A stretch of DNA of 64,000 bases, from assembly GCA_900316355.1 (NCBI GenBank), contig ONCQ01000003.1, forward strand, positions 6,113-70,112, given 5' to 3'. The notes under the pieces are model-generated. The model ran no database searches, was not told the DNA's origin, and saw only the letters and a list, made by a program, of their open reading frames with translations. This document shows, piece by piece, positions 17,099 to 27,094 of this stretch; positions within the stretch are counted from its first letter, which is position 1; each line of letters starts with the position of its first letter. This stretch comes from an uncultured Prevotellaceae bacterium (lineage in GTDB: Bacteria; Bacteroidota; Bacteroidia; Bacteroidales; Bacteroidaceae). The position numbers were made by a program, and so were the translations under genes.

Positions 17099-18556
17099 TT
17101 ATTTGTCTTTCCAGAAACTGCGGGTGAAGAGGACAAGGACGGTGAGGATTTCCAGACGTCCCATGAGCATCAGCAGCGACAGCAGCCATTTGATCATGTC
17201 CGGCAGATGGTTCCACGACATCGTGGGACCTATCTCCAAGCCCAGAGTAGGACCTACGTTGCTGGCACAGCTGAAGGCGATGGTGAAGGCGTTGGTGCTG
17301 TCGATGCCCACGACCATCATGACAAAATAGACGAAGAGGCACATCAGCACATAGGCTGCAAAGAAGGCGAAGAGGCGCAGCTGGTTCTCGTAGGATGCCG
17401 TGATGCCGTTGATGCGCACGGGCAGGATGGCGCTGGGGTGCAGCAGGCTGCGTATCTCATTGCGCAACATCTTCCAGAGCATCACGAAGCGGATGCACTT
17501 GAAGCCGCCGCTGGTGGAACCCGAACAGCCGCCGATGAACATGCAGACGGTGAGGATGACCCATGTGATATGCGGCCACTGACCGGCGTCGTCATTGAAG
17601 ACACCCGTGGTGGTGAGGAATGAGACCACCTGGAAGAGGCTGTAGCGCAGGGCGCTGTCGAAGCGGTAGTGGCAGGAGCGCATCAGCACGAACATGATGA
17701 TTGCCGTGCACACCGCGATGGCGCCGCAGTAGAGGCGGAACTCCGAGTTCTTCAGGAACTCGCGGAAGCGGCACTTGAAGATGGTCATGTAGAGCAGCGT
17801 GAAGCTGGTACCGCACAAGAACATGAAGAGGACGGCGGTGTAGTCGATGGCCACATTGTGGAAGTAGCCCGTGCTGGCGTTGTGCGTGGCGAAGCCGCCC
17901 GTGGCGGTGACCGTCATGGCGTAGTTGATGCTGTCGAAGAGACCCATGCCTTCGATATAGAAGCAGAGGGCGCAGGCGATGGTGAGCGTGGAGTAGATGC
18001 CCCAAATCCAGTGCCCCTGAGTGCTCAGACGAGGGTGCAGACGGTGGCGCACGGGGCCTGTGGCCTCAGCCGAGAATACCTTGACGCTGCCGCCGACGAG
18101 CGAGGGGATGATGGCGATGGTGAAGAAGACGATACCCAAGCCGCCCACCCATTGCGTGAGGCTGCGCCAGAAGAGCAGCGCATGGGACAGGCACTCCACA
18201 TCGTCGATGAGCGAGGCGCCGGTGGTCGTGAAGCCGGAGATGGTCTCGAAGTAGGCATCGGTGATGGTGGGAACGTAGCGGCTGAGGTAGAAGGGGAAGG
18301 AGCCGAAGAGGCTGAAGATGATCCACACGAGCGACACCACCAGGAAGGAGTCGCGGCGCGACATCGTGGGCGACGAGTGGTGGCCGATGTAGTGGAGGGC
18401 GAGGCCTGTGAGGAAGGTGGTCACCACGGAGATGGCAAAGGCGATGCTGTCATCCTCGCCGTAGCACAGCGACATCACCAGACACCCCAGCATGAGTGCG
18501 GCCTCCAGGCAGAGCAGCTGCCCGATAATCTTCCATATAATCTTCCAGTTAATCAT
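17099..18556 (-). CDS. trkH: TrkH/KtrB family potassium uptake protein
   Basis: Multiple membrane-pore-membrane repeats with selectivity-filter-like TTGG/TGG motifs (TTTGASL, ATGGFAT, GGFKCIRF). Confidence 0.8.
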   Translation of the reverse strand: MINWKIIWKIIGQLLCLEAALMLGCLVMSLCYGEDDSIAFAISVVTTFLTGLALHYIGHHSSPTMSRRDSFLVVSLVWIIFSLFGSFPFYLSRYVPTITDAYFETISGFTTTGASLIDDVECLSHALLFWRSLTQWVGGLGIVFFTIAIIPSLVGGSVKVFSAEATGPVRHRLHPRLSTQGHWIWGIYSTLTIACALCFYIEGMGLFDSINYAMTVTATGGFATHNASTGYFHNVAIDYTAVLFMFLCGTSFTLLYMTIFKCRFREFLKNSEFRLYCGAIAVCTAIIMFVLMRSCHYRFDSALRYSLFQVVSFLTTTGVFNDDAGQWPHITWVILTVCMFIGGCSGSTSGGFKCIRFVMLWKMLRNEIRSLLHPSAILPVRINGITASYENQLRLFAFFAAYVLMCLFVYFVMMVVGIDSTNAFTIAFSCASNVGPTLGLEIGPTMSWNHLPDMIKWLLSLLMLMGRLEILTVLVLFTRSFWKDK

Positions 18557-18559
18557 GCG

Positions 18560-19552
18560 TCAGTATTTGAACACCGACCCTCCCAGAAACTCACGGAGGA
18601 GCGAGGTGGGCGGTATCTGCTTGTCGGGGATGGGCTCGAAGAAGCCCACGAGCTGTCGCAGGCGCAGGGCCTCCTCATACTCAGGTGCATCCACAGGCAC
18701 CTGTTCCAAGGTGGGCATCACATAGTTACGCAGCACCGCCAGCTCGTAGAGCAGGGCGCTGTTGATCATGCGGTCGCAGTTCTCCTGGAAGGGGAAGATC
18801 CATTTCTCCTCGCCGGCGCGCACGCTGGGCCAACGGCGTATCGTCTCCTCGGCAGAGTAGCCGCGGAACTTCTTGTCGCGGATGATGCGGCGCAGCAGGC
18901 GGTTGTCGGAAGTGGAGATGCGGCGCTGTTCGTCGAGTTGTATGGTGGTGAGTGCCGACACATAGAGGCGGAACTGGATATCATCGGAGATCTCGGGTGT
19001 GAGGTCGGGGTTCAGGGCGTGGATGCCTTCGACGATGAGCACGTCGCACTCTTGCATCGTCAGGTGTTCGCCGCTGTTGCGGCGATGTCCTGTCTGGAAG
19101 TCATAGCGCGGCAGCTCCACCTTCTTGCCGTCTAACAGTTCCGAGAGCTGTTCATTGAAGAAGGGAATATCCAGCGCCTGCAGGCATTCGAAGTCATACT
19201 CACCCTTCTCATCGCGTGGCGTCTGCTCGCGGTTGACGAAGTAGTTGTCCATCGAGATGGTGTGTGGCATGAGACCACAGGCTCCCAGCTGAATGGCCAA
19301 GCGTTTGCTGGTCGTTGTCTTGCCGCTGCTGCTGGGCCCTGCCAGCAACACCAGACGCTTGCCCGTACGCTGTATCTCATCGGCCACCGCCGCAATACGG
19401 CGCTCCTGCAACGCTTCGGTGACATTGATGATGAACGGGGCAAGACCTGCGCGTACAGCATTGTTCAGGTCCGCCACGGTGTTCAGCCGTACTATTTCCT
19501 GCCATTGGCGGTATTCCGCCATCACGGTTTCAAGTTTTGACATACGTGGCAC
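18560..19552 (-). CDS. Uridine kinase/phosphoribulokinase-family P-loop nucleoside kinase-like protein
   Basis: P-loop GPSSSGKTTTSKRL and a PRK/Udk-like core. The specific substrate is unknown. Confidence 0.55.
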   Translation of the reverse strand: MPRMSKLETVMAEYRQWQEIVRLNTVADLNNAVRAGLAPFIINVTEALQERRIAAVADEIQRTGKRLVLLAGPSSSGKTTTSKRLAIQLGACGLMPHTISMDNYFVNREQTPRDEKGEYDFECLQALDIPFFNEQLSELLDGKKVELPRYDFQTGHRRNSGEHLTMQECDVLIVEGIHALNPDLTPEISDDIQFRLYVSALTTIQLDEQRRISTSDNRLLRRIIRDKKFRGYSAEETIRRWPSVRAGEEKWIFPFQENCDRMINSALLYELAVLRNYVMPTLEQVPVDAPEYEEALRLRQLVGFFEPIPDKQIPPTSLLREFLGGSVFKY

Positions 19553-19555
19553 CCT

Positions 19556-20254
19556 CTATTTTTTTAACTCCTGTATCAGCTCCTCCATTCCCTCCGACGC
19601 TCCTTTGCGGATGTGGTGGAAGCGGTGCGTGGAGCTCCATGGCACCTCCTTGGGGTCGATGAGATAGATGGGAGCGTGGTCGGGAACATACTGCACGAGG
19701 CCTGCGGCCGGATACACGTTGAGGCTGGTGCCTATGACCACGTAGATGTCGGCCTGCGAGGATACCTCTGCAGCGCGCTCTATCTCAGGTACCGCCTCGC
19801 CGAACCACACGATGAAGGGGCGCAGCTGACTGCCGTCGGCAGCCTTGTCGCCCATGTGGATGTCCATGTGGTCGGGCGTGAGGGTGACAAGCTGGCTGGG
19901 GTCGTTGGGGTTGCGCGTCGAGGTGCCTTTCATCAGCTCGCCGTGCAAGTGGATGACATGTGAGGAGCCAGCGCGCTCATGCAGGTCATCGACATTCTGT
20001 GTGATCACGGTCACATCGAAGTCCTGCTCCAGCGCTGCCACCAGCTCATGGCCGTGGCAGGGCTTCACCTGCGGCAGCTGCCGGCGCATCTTGTTGTAGA
20101 AATTGAGCACCAGCTCAGGATTACGTTCGTAGCCTTCGATGGTGGCTACGTCCTCCACGCGGTGCTGTTCCCACAGACCGCCCGAGTCACGGAAGGTGCT
20201 GATGCCGCTCTCGGCAGACATGCCCGCACCCGTCAGAAATACCACTTTTTTCAT
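19556..20254 (-). CDS. cobB: NAD-dependent protein deacylase (sirtuin, CobB/NpdA)
   Basis: GAGMSAESGISTFRD, HG, the zinc-binding region and the GTSLNVYPAAGL C-terminus. Confidence 0.85.
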   Translation of the reverse strand: MKKVVFLTGAGMSAESGISTFRDSGGLWEQHRVEDVATIEGYERNPELVLNFYNKMRRQLPQVKPCHGHELVAALEQDFDVTVITQNVDDLHERAGSSHVIHLHGELMKGTSTRNPNDPSQLVTLTPDHMDIHMGDKAADGSQLRPFIVWFGEAVPEIERAAEVSSQADIYVVIGTSLNVYPAAGLVQYVPDHAPIYLIDPKEVPWSSTHRFHHIRKGASEGMEELIQELKK

Positions 20255-20290
20255 CTTTGTCTTTGTTTAGCAAGGGCAAAAGTAGAAATA

Positions 20291-20406
20291 ATTTACGATT
20301 TACGATGTACGAAGTACAATTTATTTGGTGCGACAGCATTAAAAAGGTATAAAATCGTCAGTATCTTGTAATATTATGGTACATCGTACATCGTCAAATC
20401 GTAAAT
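20291..20406. repeat. ~27-bp inverted repeat pair (ATTTACGATTTACGATGTACGAAGTAC / GTACATCGTACATCGTCAAATCGTAAAT) around a 60-bp spacer
   Basis: Direct reading. The arms are reverse complements with 2-3 mismatches. It lies in the divergent intergenic region between cobB and the first FKBP gene. Confidence 0.75.
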
Positions 20407-20452
20407 AATGCTTACCTTTGCGCCCGATTTGCAAAAAAGAACGACAAAAAAC

Positions 20453-21037
20453 ATGAACAAGATTAGTTATGCTTTGGGCCTCGGTATCGGCCAGCAGCTG
20501 AAGAGCATGGGTATCTCCGACTTCAACGTGCAGGATTTCACGAAGAGCATCTGCGATGTGCTCAGCGATGGCGAACTGGCAATGACACACCGCGAGGCAC
20601 AGACCCTCCTCAACGAATTCTTTGACGCACAGGCTCGCGAGCAGGCCAAGGGCGCTATCGCCGAAGGCAAGGCCTTCCTCGAGGCCAATGCCAAGAAAGA
20701 AGGTGTCGTCACCACCAAGAGCGGACTCCAGTACCAGGTCCTCAAGGAAGGTACCGGTCGCAACCCCAAGGCCACAGACAAGGTGCGCTGCCACTACGAG
20801 GGCACGCTCATCAACGGCTCCGTCTTCGACAGCAGCTACCAGCGCGGCGAACCCGCTGACTTCCCCCTCAACGGCGTCATCCCCGGATGGACAGAGGGCG
20901 TGCAGCTCATGAAGGAAGGTGCCAAGTACCGCTTCTTCATCCCCTATCTCCTGGGCTATGGCGAGCGCGGTGCCGGCAGCAGCATACCGCCCTATGCCAC
21001 GCTCATCTTCGACGTGGAACTCATCAAGGTCCTCTGA
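20453..21037 (+). CDS. FKBP-type peptidyl-prolyl cis-trans isomerase
   Basis: FKBP domain (GTLINGSVFDSSY...IPGWTEG...YGERGAG...ATLIFDVELI). TACCTTTG box at 20413-20420. Confidence 0.8.
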   Translation: MNKISYALGLGIGQQLKSMGISDFNVQDFTKSICDVLSDGELAMTHREAQTLLNEFFDAQAREQAKGAIAEGKAFLEANAKKEGVVTTKSGLQYQVLKEGTGRNPKATDKVRCHYEGTLINGSVFDSSYQRGEPADFPLNGVIPGWTEGVQLMKEGAKYRFFIPYLLGYGERGAGSSIPPYATLIFDVELIKVL

Positions 21038-21101
21038 CCGCAGAGCCCACAGCTTCCATTCGTATTCATCATTAACAATTCAAATAAAACAAAAAAGCAA
21101 A

Positions 21102-21965
21102 ATGAAAAAGATTTCCGCAATCTTCGCAGTGGCTCTGGCTCTGGTCATGGTCTCCTGCAACGGTGGCCCCAGCGCCAACCTGAAAACCGATGTTGACACC
21201 CTCAGCTATGCCATCGGCATGAGCCAGACACAAGGTCTGAAGGAATATCTGTCCATGCGCATGAACGTGGACACCACCTATGTCGAGGAGTTCCTCAAGG
21301 GCTTCCGCGAGGGCATCAAGAGCACCGATGACAAGAAGAAGGCTGCCTACTATGCCGGTATCCAGATTGGTCAGCAGGTGAGCCAGGGCATGCTCCAGAA
21401 CATCAACCAGATGATCTTCGGCAACGACTCCACACAGACCGTCAACGAGGACAACGTCTATGCGGGCTTCATGGCTGCTGTTGCTGGCAATGACAAGGTG
21501 ATGAGCCTCGACTCTGCCAACGCTTTCGTGCAGACACGCATGGAGAGCATTCGCGAGAACGCTCGTGCCAAGGCTTTCGCTGATAACAAGGCTGCCGGCG
21601 AGGAGTACATGGCTAACATCGCCAAGAAGGAAGGCATCCAGGAACTCGGCAACGGCGTGTACTACGAAGTTGTCACCGAGGGCAACGGCGAGGTTGCTGC
21701 CGACACCTGCCGCGTGAAGGTACACTACGAGGGTAAGCTCATCGACGGCACCGTCTTCGACAGCAATCTCGAGAACGACCCCACCACCTTCCGTGCCAAT
21801 CAGGTCATCCCCGGCTTCAAGGCTGCACTCACCACGATGCCTGTCGGTTCCAAGTGGATTGTCTATATCCCCCAGGATCAGGCTTACGGCTCACAGGAGA
21901 TGGGCAACATCAAGCCTTTCAGTGCCCTGACCTTCACCATCGAACTGCTCGATATTGAGAAGTAA
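21102..21965 (+). CDS. FKBP-type peptidyl-prolyl cis-trans isomerase, secreted or lipoprotein form with an N-terminal chaperone-like domain
   Basis: Signal peptide with lipobox VSC and a C-terminal FKBP domain ([12 protein letters not shown]...TFTIELLDI). Confidence 0.8.
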   Translation: MKKISAIFAVALALVMVSCNGGPSANLKTDVDTLSYAIGMSQTQGLKEYLSMRMNVDTTYVEEFLKGFREGIKSTDDKKKAAYYAGIQIGQQVSQGMLQNINQMIFGNDSTQTVNEDNVYAGFMAAVAGNDKVMSLDSANAFVQTRMESIRENARAKAFADNKAAGEEYMANIAKKEGIQELGNGVYYEVVTEGNGEVAADTCRVKVHYEGKLIDGTVFDSNLENDPTTFRANQVIPGFKAALTTMPVGSKWIVYIPQDQAYGSQEMGNIKPFSALTFTIELLDIEK

Positions 21966-21980
21966 TAGTTATCTGCTATC

Positions 21981-22871
21981 ATGAAAGCAATACGTTTGGT
22001 TATCATCATTCTTGGTATGCTGGTGTGCGTCAACGCCAGTGCTGCCAAGAAGGTGAAGAAGAGCAAGAAAGCTGTCGTGGCAGAGAAGGTGGACACCATT
22101 CCCATGTCTGACTTCAGCTATGCCTTCGGTATCGCACAGACCAATGGTCTCATGGGCTATCTCGTGCAGCGTATGGGCGTAGATACCACCTATATCAGCC
22201 ATTTCCTCAGCGGCTTCGACTTCCCTGAGATGGACGAGGATGCAAAGAAGATGAAGGCTTTCATCGCCGGCAAGGAAATCCGCCAGCAGGTGGAGAACCA
22301 GATTGTTCCTCAGGTGAACAAGCAGATCAATGATAGCATCGATTTGCTCAATAAAGCCCGTTTCATCGAGGGATTCCGTGCATCCATTGCAGGTAACACT
22401 GCCATCACCATGGACAGCGCATCAGCCATCTCCACCAAGCAGATGGAATACTACCATAAGGTGAAGATGGAAGCGAAGTATGGCAAGAACCGCACCGACG
22501 GAGAGGCCTTCCTGGCTGCCAACGCCAAGAAGGACAGCGTGAAGACCACCGCCAGCGGACTGCAGTACAAGATTCTCTCGGCCGGCAACGGCGAGGTGCC
22601 CACCGCCACCGACAAGGTGAAGGTGAACTACGAAGGCACGCTCATCGATGGCACCGTCTTCGACAGCAGCTACAAGCGCAACCAGCCTGCCACCTTCGCC
22701 TGCAATCAGGTCATCAAGGGATGGACGGAAGCGCTCACCATGATGCCCGTGGGCTCCAAGTGGGTGATTTACGTGCCCCAGAACCTCGGCTATGGCGAGC
22801 GTGAGGCTGGCAAGATACCTCCCTTCTCCACGCTCATCTTTACCGTGGAATTGCTGGAGATTGTCAAGTAA
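21981..22871 (+). CDS. FKBP-type peptidyl-prolyl cis-trans isomerase; third tandem paralogue
   Basis: Signal peptide, then FKBP domain ([13 protein letters not shown]...[10 protein letters not shown]). Confidence 0.8.
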   Translation: MKAIRLVIIILGMLVCVNASAAKKVKKSKKAVVAEKVDTIPMSDFSYAFGIAQTNGLMGYLVQRMGVDTTYISHFLSGFDFPEMDEDAKKMKAFIAGKEIRQQVENQIVPQVNKQINDSIDLLNKARFIEGFRASIAGNTAITMDSASAISTKQMEYYHKVKMEAKYGKNRTDGEAFLAANAKKDSVKTTASGLQYKILSAGNGEVPTATDKVKVNYEGTLIDGTVFDSSYKRNQPATFACNQVIKGWTEALTMMPVGSKWVIYVPQNLGYGEREAGKIPPFSTLIFTVELLEIVK

Positions 22872-22997
22872 AATTGTCTGAATACACGCAAAATGACACC
22901 AAAGTGATGCTTTGGTGTCATTTTTTTCGTAAAAACGATGGCCGTTCTTAATAAAAGACCTACCTTTGCGTTGCAAAATGACAAAAATATTATCTGC

Positions 22998-23531
22998 ATG
23001 GAAAAGATTGACAGCCTCGACAAGAAAATCCTCGAGATCATCACGCGCAACGCGCGCATACCTTTTAAAGATGTAGCCACCGAGTGCGGCGTCTCGCGCG
23101 CTGCCATCCATCAGCGTGTGCAGCGACTGGTGGACATCGGCGTCATCACGGGTTCCGGCTACTATGTCAACCCCACCAGCCTCGGCTACAACACCTGCAC
23201 CTATGTGGGTATCACGCTGGAGCGCGGCTCTATGTACAAGCATGTGGTCAGTGAGTTCGAGAAGATTCCCGAGATTGTGGAGTGCCACTTCACCACGGGA
23301 CCTTACACCATGCTCATCAAGCTCTATGCGCGTGACAACGCCCACCTCATGGAACTCCTCAACAACCGCCTGCAGGAAATCCCCGGCGTGATAGCCACAG
23401 AGACGCTTATCTCGCTCAAGCAGAGCATCAAGAAGGAAGTTCCCATCGGCCTCTCTGAGGCGGATGTCGCCGCCATCAGGGCACTCACCAGCAAGAAGGC
23501 GGAGCTGCTGGCAGACACGGCAGAAGATTAG
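22998..23531 (+). CDS. Lrp/AsnC family transcriptional regulator
   Basis: HTH (LDKKILEIITRNARIPFKDVATECGVSRAAIHQRVQRL) plus a RAM domain. TACCTTTG box at 22961-22968. Confidence 0.8.
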   Translation: MEKIDSLDKKILEIITRNARIPFKDVATECGVSRAAIHQRVQRLVDIGVITGSGYYVNPTSLGYNTCTYVGITLERGSMYKHVVSEFEKIPEIVECHFTTGPYTMLIKLYARDNAHLMELLNNRLQEIPGVIATETLISLKQSIKKEVPIGLSEADVAAIRALTSKKAELLADTAED

Positions 23532-23589
23532 GAATTGAACATGGAGAGTTAAACTTTTGAACTTCTTAAACTTTTGAACTCTTAAACCC

Positions 23590-25389
23590 TTGAACTCCTG
23601 TTCTGCTTTTGATTGGAAAGGGCGCTATGAGGCGTTGCACGACTACTTCCCCAGCACGTACTACACACCCGTGATAGGCATCACGGGTAACTTCGGTGAG
23701 AAGGGTTGCGAGCTGGCAGAGGGCTACTATGAGAGCATCCTGCGGGCGGGGGCCACCCCCGTGGTGCTGCCGCCCACAGAAGATGCCGATGCGCTGTGCA
23801 CGATGCTCGACAGTATCGATGCCCTGGTGCTCTCGGGCGGCGGCGATATCAACCCGCTCTTCGCCGGCGAGGAACCTGTGCCACAGCTCCATAGCATCAA
23901 TCCCAAGCGCGACCTGTGCGAGCTGCTGCTCGTGCGCCTGGCCTACGACCGCCAGCTGCCCATGCTCGGCATCTGCCGCGGCATACAGGTGTTGGCCACC
24001 GCCCTCGACGGCAGCGTGTGGCAGGACATCGCCTCGCAGTTCAATCCCCCCGCGCTCATCAAGCACAGTCAGGATCTGGAGCGCAGCCGTGCCTCGCACA
24101 CCGTGGCGGTGGCCGAAGGGTCGCTGCTACAGCACATTATGGGTGTTGATACACTGTCTGTCAACAGCTTCCATCACCAGGCTGTGCGCGAGGCTGGCCC
24201 CCACCTGCGCGTCTGCGCCACAGCACCCGACGGCGTCATCGAAGCCGTGGAATCCACCGAGCATAAGAGCATCATTGGCGTGCAGTGGCACCCCGAATGC
24301 TTCTGTCTGGGTGGCGATGCGCGCATGATGCCGCTCTTCCGATGGCTGGCCGACGAGGCGGCCAACTACCGCGAGGCGCGCCGCATACACAGCCGCATCA
24401 TCACCCTCGACAGCCATTGCGACACGCCGATGTTCTTCGATCAGGACATCCACTTCGACCAGCGCGACCCCAAGATACTCGTGGACTTGCATAAGATGCG
24501 CGAGGGAGGTTTGGATGCCAGCACCATGGTGGCCTACATCCCCCAGGGACCGCTCACTGATGAAGGGCGCGCCGCTGCCACCGCCTATGCCGACAGCCAG
24601 CTCTCCCGCGTGGAGAAGATGGTCGAGGCGAATGCGGCAGCCGTGGGCATGGCCTATGATGTCAAGGACCTCCATCGCCTGAAGGCTGAGGGGCGCAAGG
24701 CCATCATGCTCGGCATCGAGAACGGCTATGCCATCGGTCGCGACATCCATCTGTTGGAGCGTTTCCAGAAGAAGCACGGCATCGTCTATATGACGCTCTG
24801 CCACAACGGCAACAACGATATCTGCGGTTCCGCACGTCCGCGTGAGGGTGAGCAGCTGATGGGCGTCACAGACTTCGGTGCCGACGTCATTCGTGAGATG
24901 AACCGCCTCGGCATCCTCGTGGACCTCTCCCACGGCAGCGAGCGCAGCTTCTACGATGCCCTGGACATCAGCACCAAGCCCATCGTGTGCTCCCACTCCT
25001 CATGCCGCGCCCTCTGCGACCATCCCCGCAACCTCACCGATGACCAGCTGCGCGCCCTCGCCGCCAAAGGCGGTGTGGCACAGGTCACCTTCTACAGCGG
25101 TTTCCTGCGCACCGACGGGCAGGCCAGTATCCTGGATGCAGTGGCCCATCTCAACCACATGGTGCAGGTGATGGGCATCGAGCATGTGGGCATCGGCACT
25201 GACTTCGACGGCGACGGCGGTGTCCCCGGCCTCGCCTCTGCCGCAGAACTCATCAACTTCACCCGCCGCCTGTTGCGCGAGCACTACAGCGAGGCGGACC
25301 TCCGCCTTATCTGGGGCGGCAACTGGATGCGCTGTGTAAGTGAAATGCCCCCGAGCCCCCTAAAGGGGAGCGTAGGGAGTGAAAAGTGA
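23590..25389 (+). CDS. Fusion protein: class-I glutamine amidotransferase-like (C26, PuuD-like) domain plus M19 membrane dipeptidase domain
   Basis: GATase catalytic region (GICRGIQVL...WHPE) followed by a renal-dipeptidase-family region (LCHNGNNDI...DLSHGSE...GIGTDFDGDGG). The last ~15 residues (EMPPSPLKGSVGSEK*) are encoded by a repeat element. Confidence 0.7.
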   Translation: MNSCSAFDWKGRYEALHDYFPSTYYTPVIGITGNFGEKGCELAEGYYESILRAGATPVVLPPTEDADALCTMLDSIDALVLSGGGDINPLFAGEEPVPQLHSINPKRDLCELLLVRLAYDRQLPMLGICRGIQVLATALDGSVWQDIASQFNPPALIKHSQDLERSRASHTVAVAEGSLLQHIMGVDTLSVNSFHHQAVREAGPHLRVCATAPDGVIEAVESTEHKSIIGVQWHPECFCLGGDARMMPLFRWLADEAANYREARRIHSRIITLDSHCDTPMFFDQDIHFDQRDPKILVDLHKMREGGLDASTMVAYIPQGPLTDEGRAAATAYADSQLSRVEKMVEANAAAVGMAYDVKDLHRLKAEGRKAIMLGIENGYAIGRDIHLLERFQKKHGIVYMTLCHNGNNDICGSARPREGEQLMGVTDFGADVIREMNRLGILVDLSHGSERSFYDALDISTKPIVCSHSSCRALCDHPRNLTDDQLRALAAKGGVAQVTFYSGFLRTDGQASILDAVAHLNHMVQVMGIEHVGIGTDFDGDGGVPGLASAAELINFTRRLLREHYSEADLRLIWGGNWMRCVSEMPPSPLKGSVGSEK

Positions 25390-25440
25390 ATAATGAAGAA
25401 TGAAAAATGAAAAGTGAAGAATGAAAAGTGAAAAATTAGA
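25342..25440. repeat. Palindromic core GAAATGCCCCCGAGCCCCCTAAAGGGGAGCGTAGGGAG plus a GAAAAGTGAA-type tandem array
   Basis: The core recurs at 41170, 45623 and 31230 (rc). The tandem array spans 25380-25440. Confidence 0.85.
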
Positions 25441-26485
25441 AAATCTAATGAATCAGCAGCAACAACAAGAAGATTATCTTTGGAAGAGAACAGCGAAAAG
25501 TATCGTTTATTTTTCACTCTTCACGCTTTCATTTTTCATCTGCTTTGCCTCTTGCGCCGGCAAGACCAAGCGCGCAGAGACCGCCGACACCATCGCCCTC
25601 TCGCCTGCGCCCACCTTCATCGCCGACTCCGCGATGGCCTACATCCAGGCGCAGTGTGCCTTCGGGCCGCGCGTGCCGGGCTCCGCAGCCCACGAGGCAT
25701 GTGCCGACTGGCTGGTGCAGCAGTTCCGAGCCCTCGGTGCCGAGGTGAGCGAGGTGCGCGCCACCCTCAATGGCTACGACGGCCAGCCCATGGCCTGCCG
25801 CAACATACAGGCGCGCATCAACCCCGACGCCACAGACCGCGTCCTCATCACCGCCCACTGGGACAGCCGCGCGTGGGCCGACAACGATGCCGATGCTGCC
25901 AACCACCACACCCCCGTCATGGCTGCCAACGACGGCGCTTCCGGCGTGGCTGTGATGCTGGAGATGGCGCGCGTCATACAGCAGACGGGACTCTCCTACG
26001 GCGTTGATTTCGTGTGCTTCGACCTCGAAGACCAAGGCACGCCGCAGTGGGCTGACAGCGACGGCGAGAGCTACTGGTGTCTCGGCTCCACTTACTGGGC
26101 ACAGGAGGCTGCCGTCGTGGGCTACCGTGCACGCTACGGCGTCAACCTCGACATGGTGGGCGGCCGCGGTGCGCGCTTCCTCATGGAGAGCTTCTCGATG
26201 CAGTATGGCAAGCCCATCGTGGGCATGGTGTGGCATCTGGCCATACAGCTGGGCTTCGGGCAGTATTTCATCGCCAAGGAAGGCGGCTACATCACCGATG
26301 ACCACCTGCCTGTGAACCGCATCGCCCACATCCCCTGCATCGACATCATCCCCTGCGTCGAGAATGCCGCCTCGTCGTTCGGCGACACCTGGCACACCAC
26401 CGCCGACACCCCCGAGAACATCGACCCCGGAGCGCTGCGTGCCGTGGGGCAGACGCTGTTGCAGCTGCTGTATAATGATAATTAA
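25421..26485 (+). CDS. M28-family peptidase / glutaminyl-peptide cyclotransferase-like lipoprotein
   Basis: Lipobox FASCAG. Zn-ligand regions HWDSRAWADND and DGASGVAVMLE match the M28/QC fold. The start codon choice is uncertain (25421 or 25448). Confidence 0.6.
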   Translation: MKSEKLENLMNQQQQQEDYLWKRTAKSIVYFSLFTLSFFICFASCAGKTKRAETADTIALSPAPTFIADSAMAYIQAQCAFGPRVPGSAAHEACADWLVQQFRALGAEVSEVRATLNGYDGQPMACRNIQARINPDATDRVLITAHWDSRAWADNDADAANHHTPVMAANDGASGVAVMLEMARVIQQTGLSYGVDFVCFDLEDQGTPQWADSDGESYWCLGSTYWAQEAAVVGYRARYGVNLDMVGGRGARFLMESFSMQYGKPIVGMVWHLAIQLGFGQYFIAKEGGYITDDHLPVNRIAHIPCIDIIPCVENAASSFGDTWHTTADTPENIDPGALRAVGQTLLQLLYNDN

Positions 26486-26486
26486 A

Positions 26487-26529
26487 GACCCACCCCAACC
26501 CCTCCCTATGGGAGGGGACCTCGGTCCTC
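26487..26529. repeat. CCCTCCC-TAT-GGGAGGG palindromic element
   Basis: GACCCACCCCAACCCCTCCCTATGGGAGGGGACC, the same family as 11075 and 14564. Confidence 0.7.
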
Positions 26530-26564
26530 TATATATGATTTGAAACAACAAATTGTTAATCAAT

Positions 26565-27077
26565 ATGCAAGATTATAATGATACTACGCGCCAGTCCTCC
26601 CCCTCTTCGACAGAGAAGGGGGTGGGGCGTGAGTCCATCGACTCCCTCCAAGACGAGATTATCGAGGAATTCAACGACTTCGATGACTGGATGGACAAAT
26701 ACCAGCTCCTCATCGACCTCGGCAACGACCAACAGCCGCTGCCCGAGAGCGCCAAGACGGAGCAGAACCTCATCGACGGCTGTCAGAGCCGCGTATGGCT
26801 CACAGCCACGCTGACGTCCGACGGCCTCGTGCACTTCGAGGCGGAGAGCGACGCCCTCATCGTGAAGGGCATCGTCACGCTCCTCATCCGCGTCCTCAGC
26901 GACCACACGCCGCAGGAGATTCTCGATGCCGACCTCTACTTCATCGAGCGCATCGGCCTCCGCGAACACCTCTCACCCACCCGCAGCAATGGCCTCCTCG
27001 CCATGCTCAAGCAGATGAAAATGTATGCCCTCGTTTACAACGAAGTGAAAAATGATGGAGTGAAAAGTGAAAAATGA
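26565..27077 (+). CDS. sufE: SufE-like cysteine desulfuration / Fe-S assembly protein
   Basis: SufE domain with the conserved Cys in QLIDGCQSRVWL. The C-terminal ~12 residues are encoded by a tandem-repeat array. Confidence 0.7.
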   Translation: MQDYNDTTRQSSPSSTEKGVGRESIDSLQDEIIEEFNDFDDWMDKYQLLIDLGNDQQPLPESAKTEQNLIDGCQSRVWLTATLTSDGLVHFEAESDALIVKGIVTLLIRVLSDHTPQEILDADLYFIERIGLREHLSPTRSNGLLAMLKQMKMYALVYNEVKNDGVKSEK

Positions 27078-27094
27078 AAAGTGAATAATGAAAG

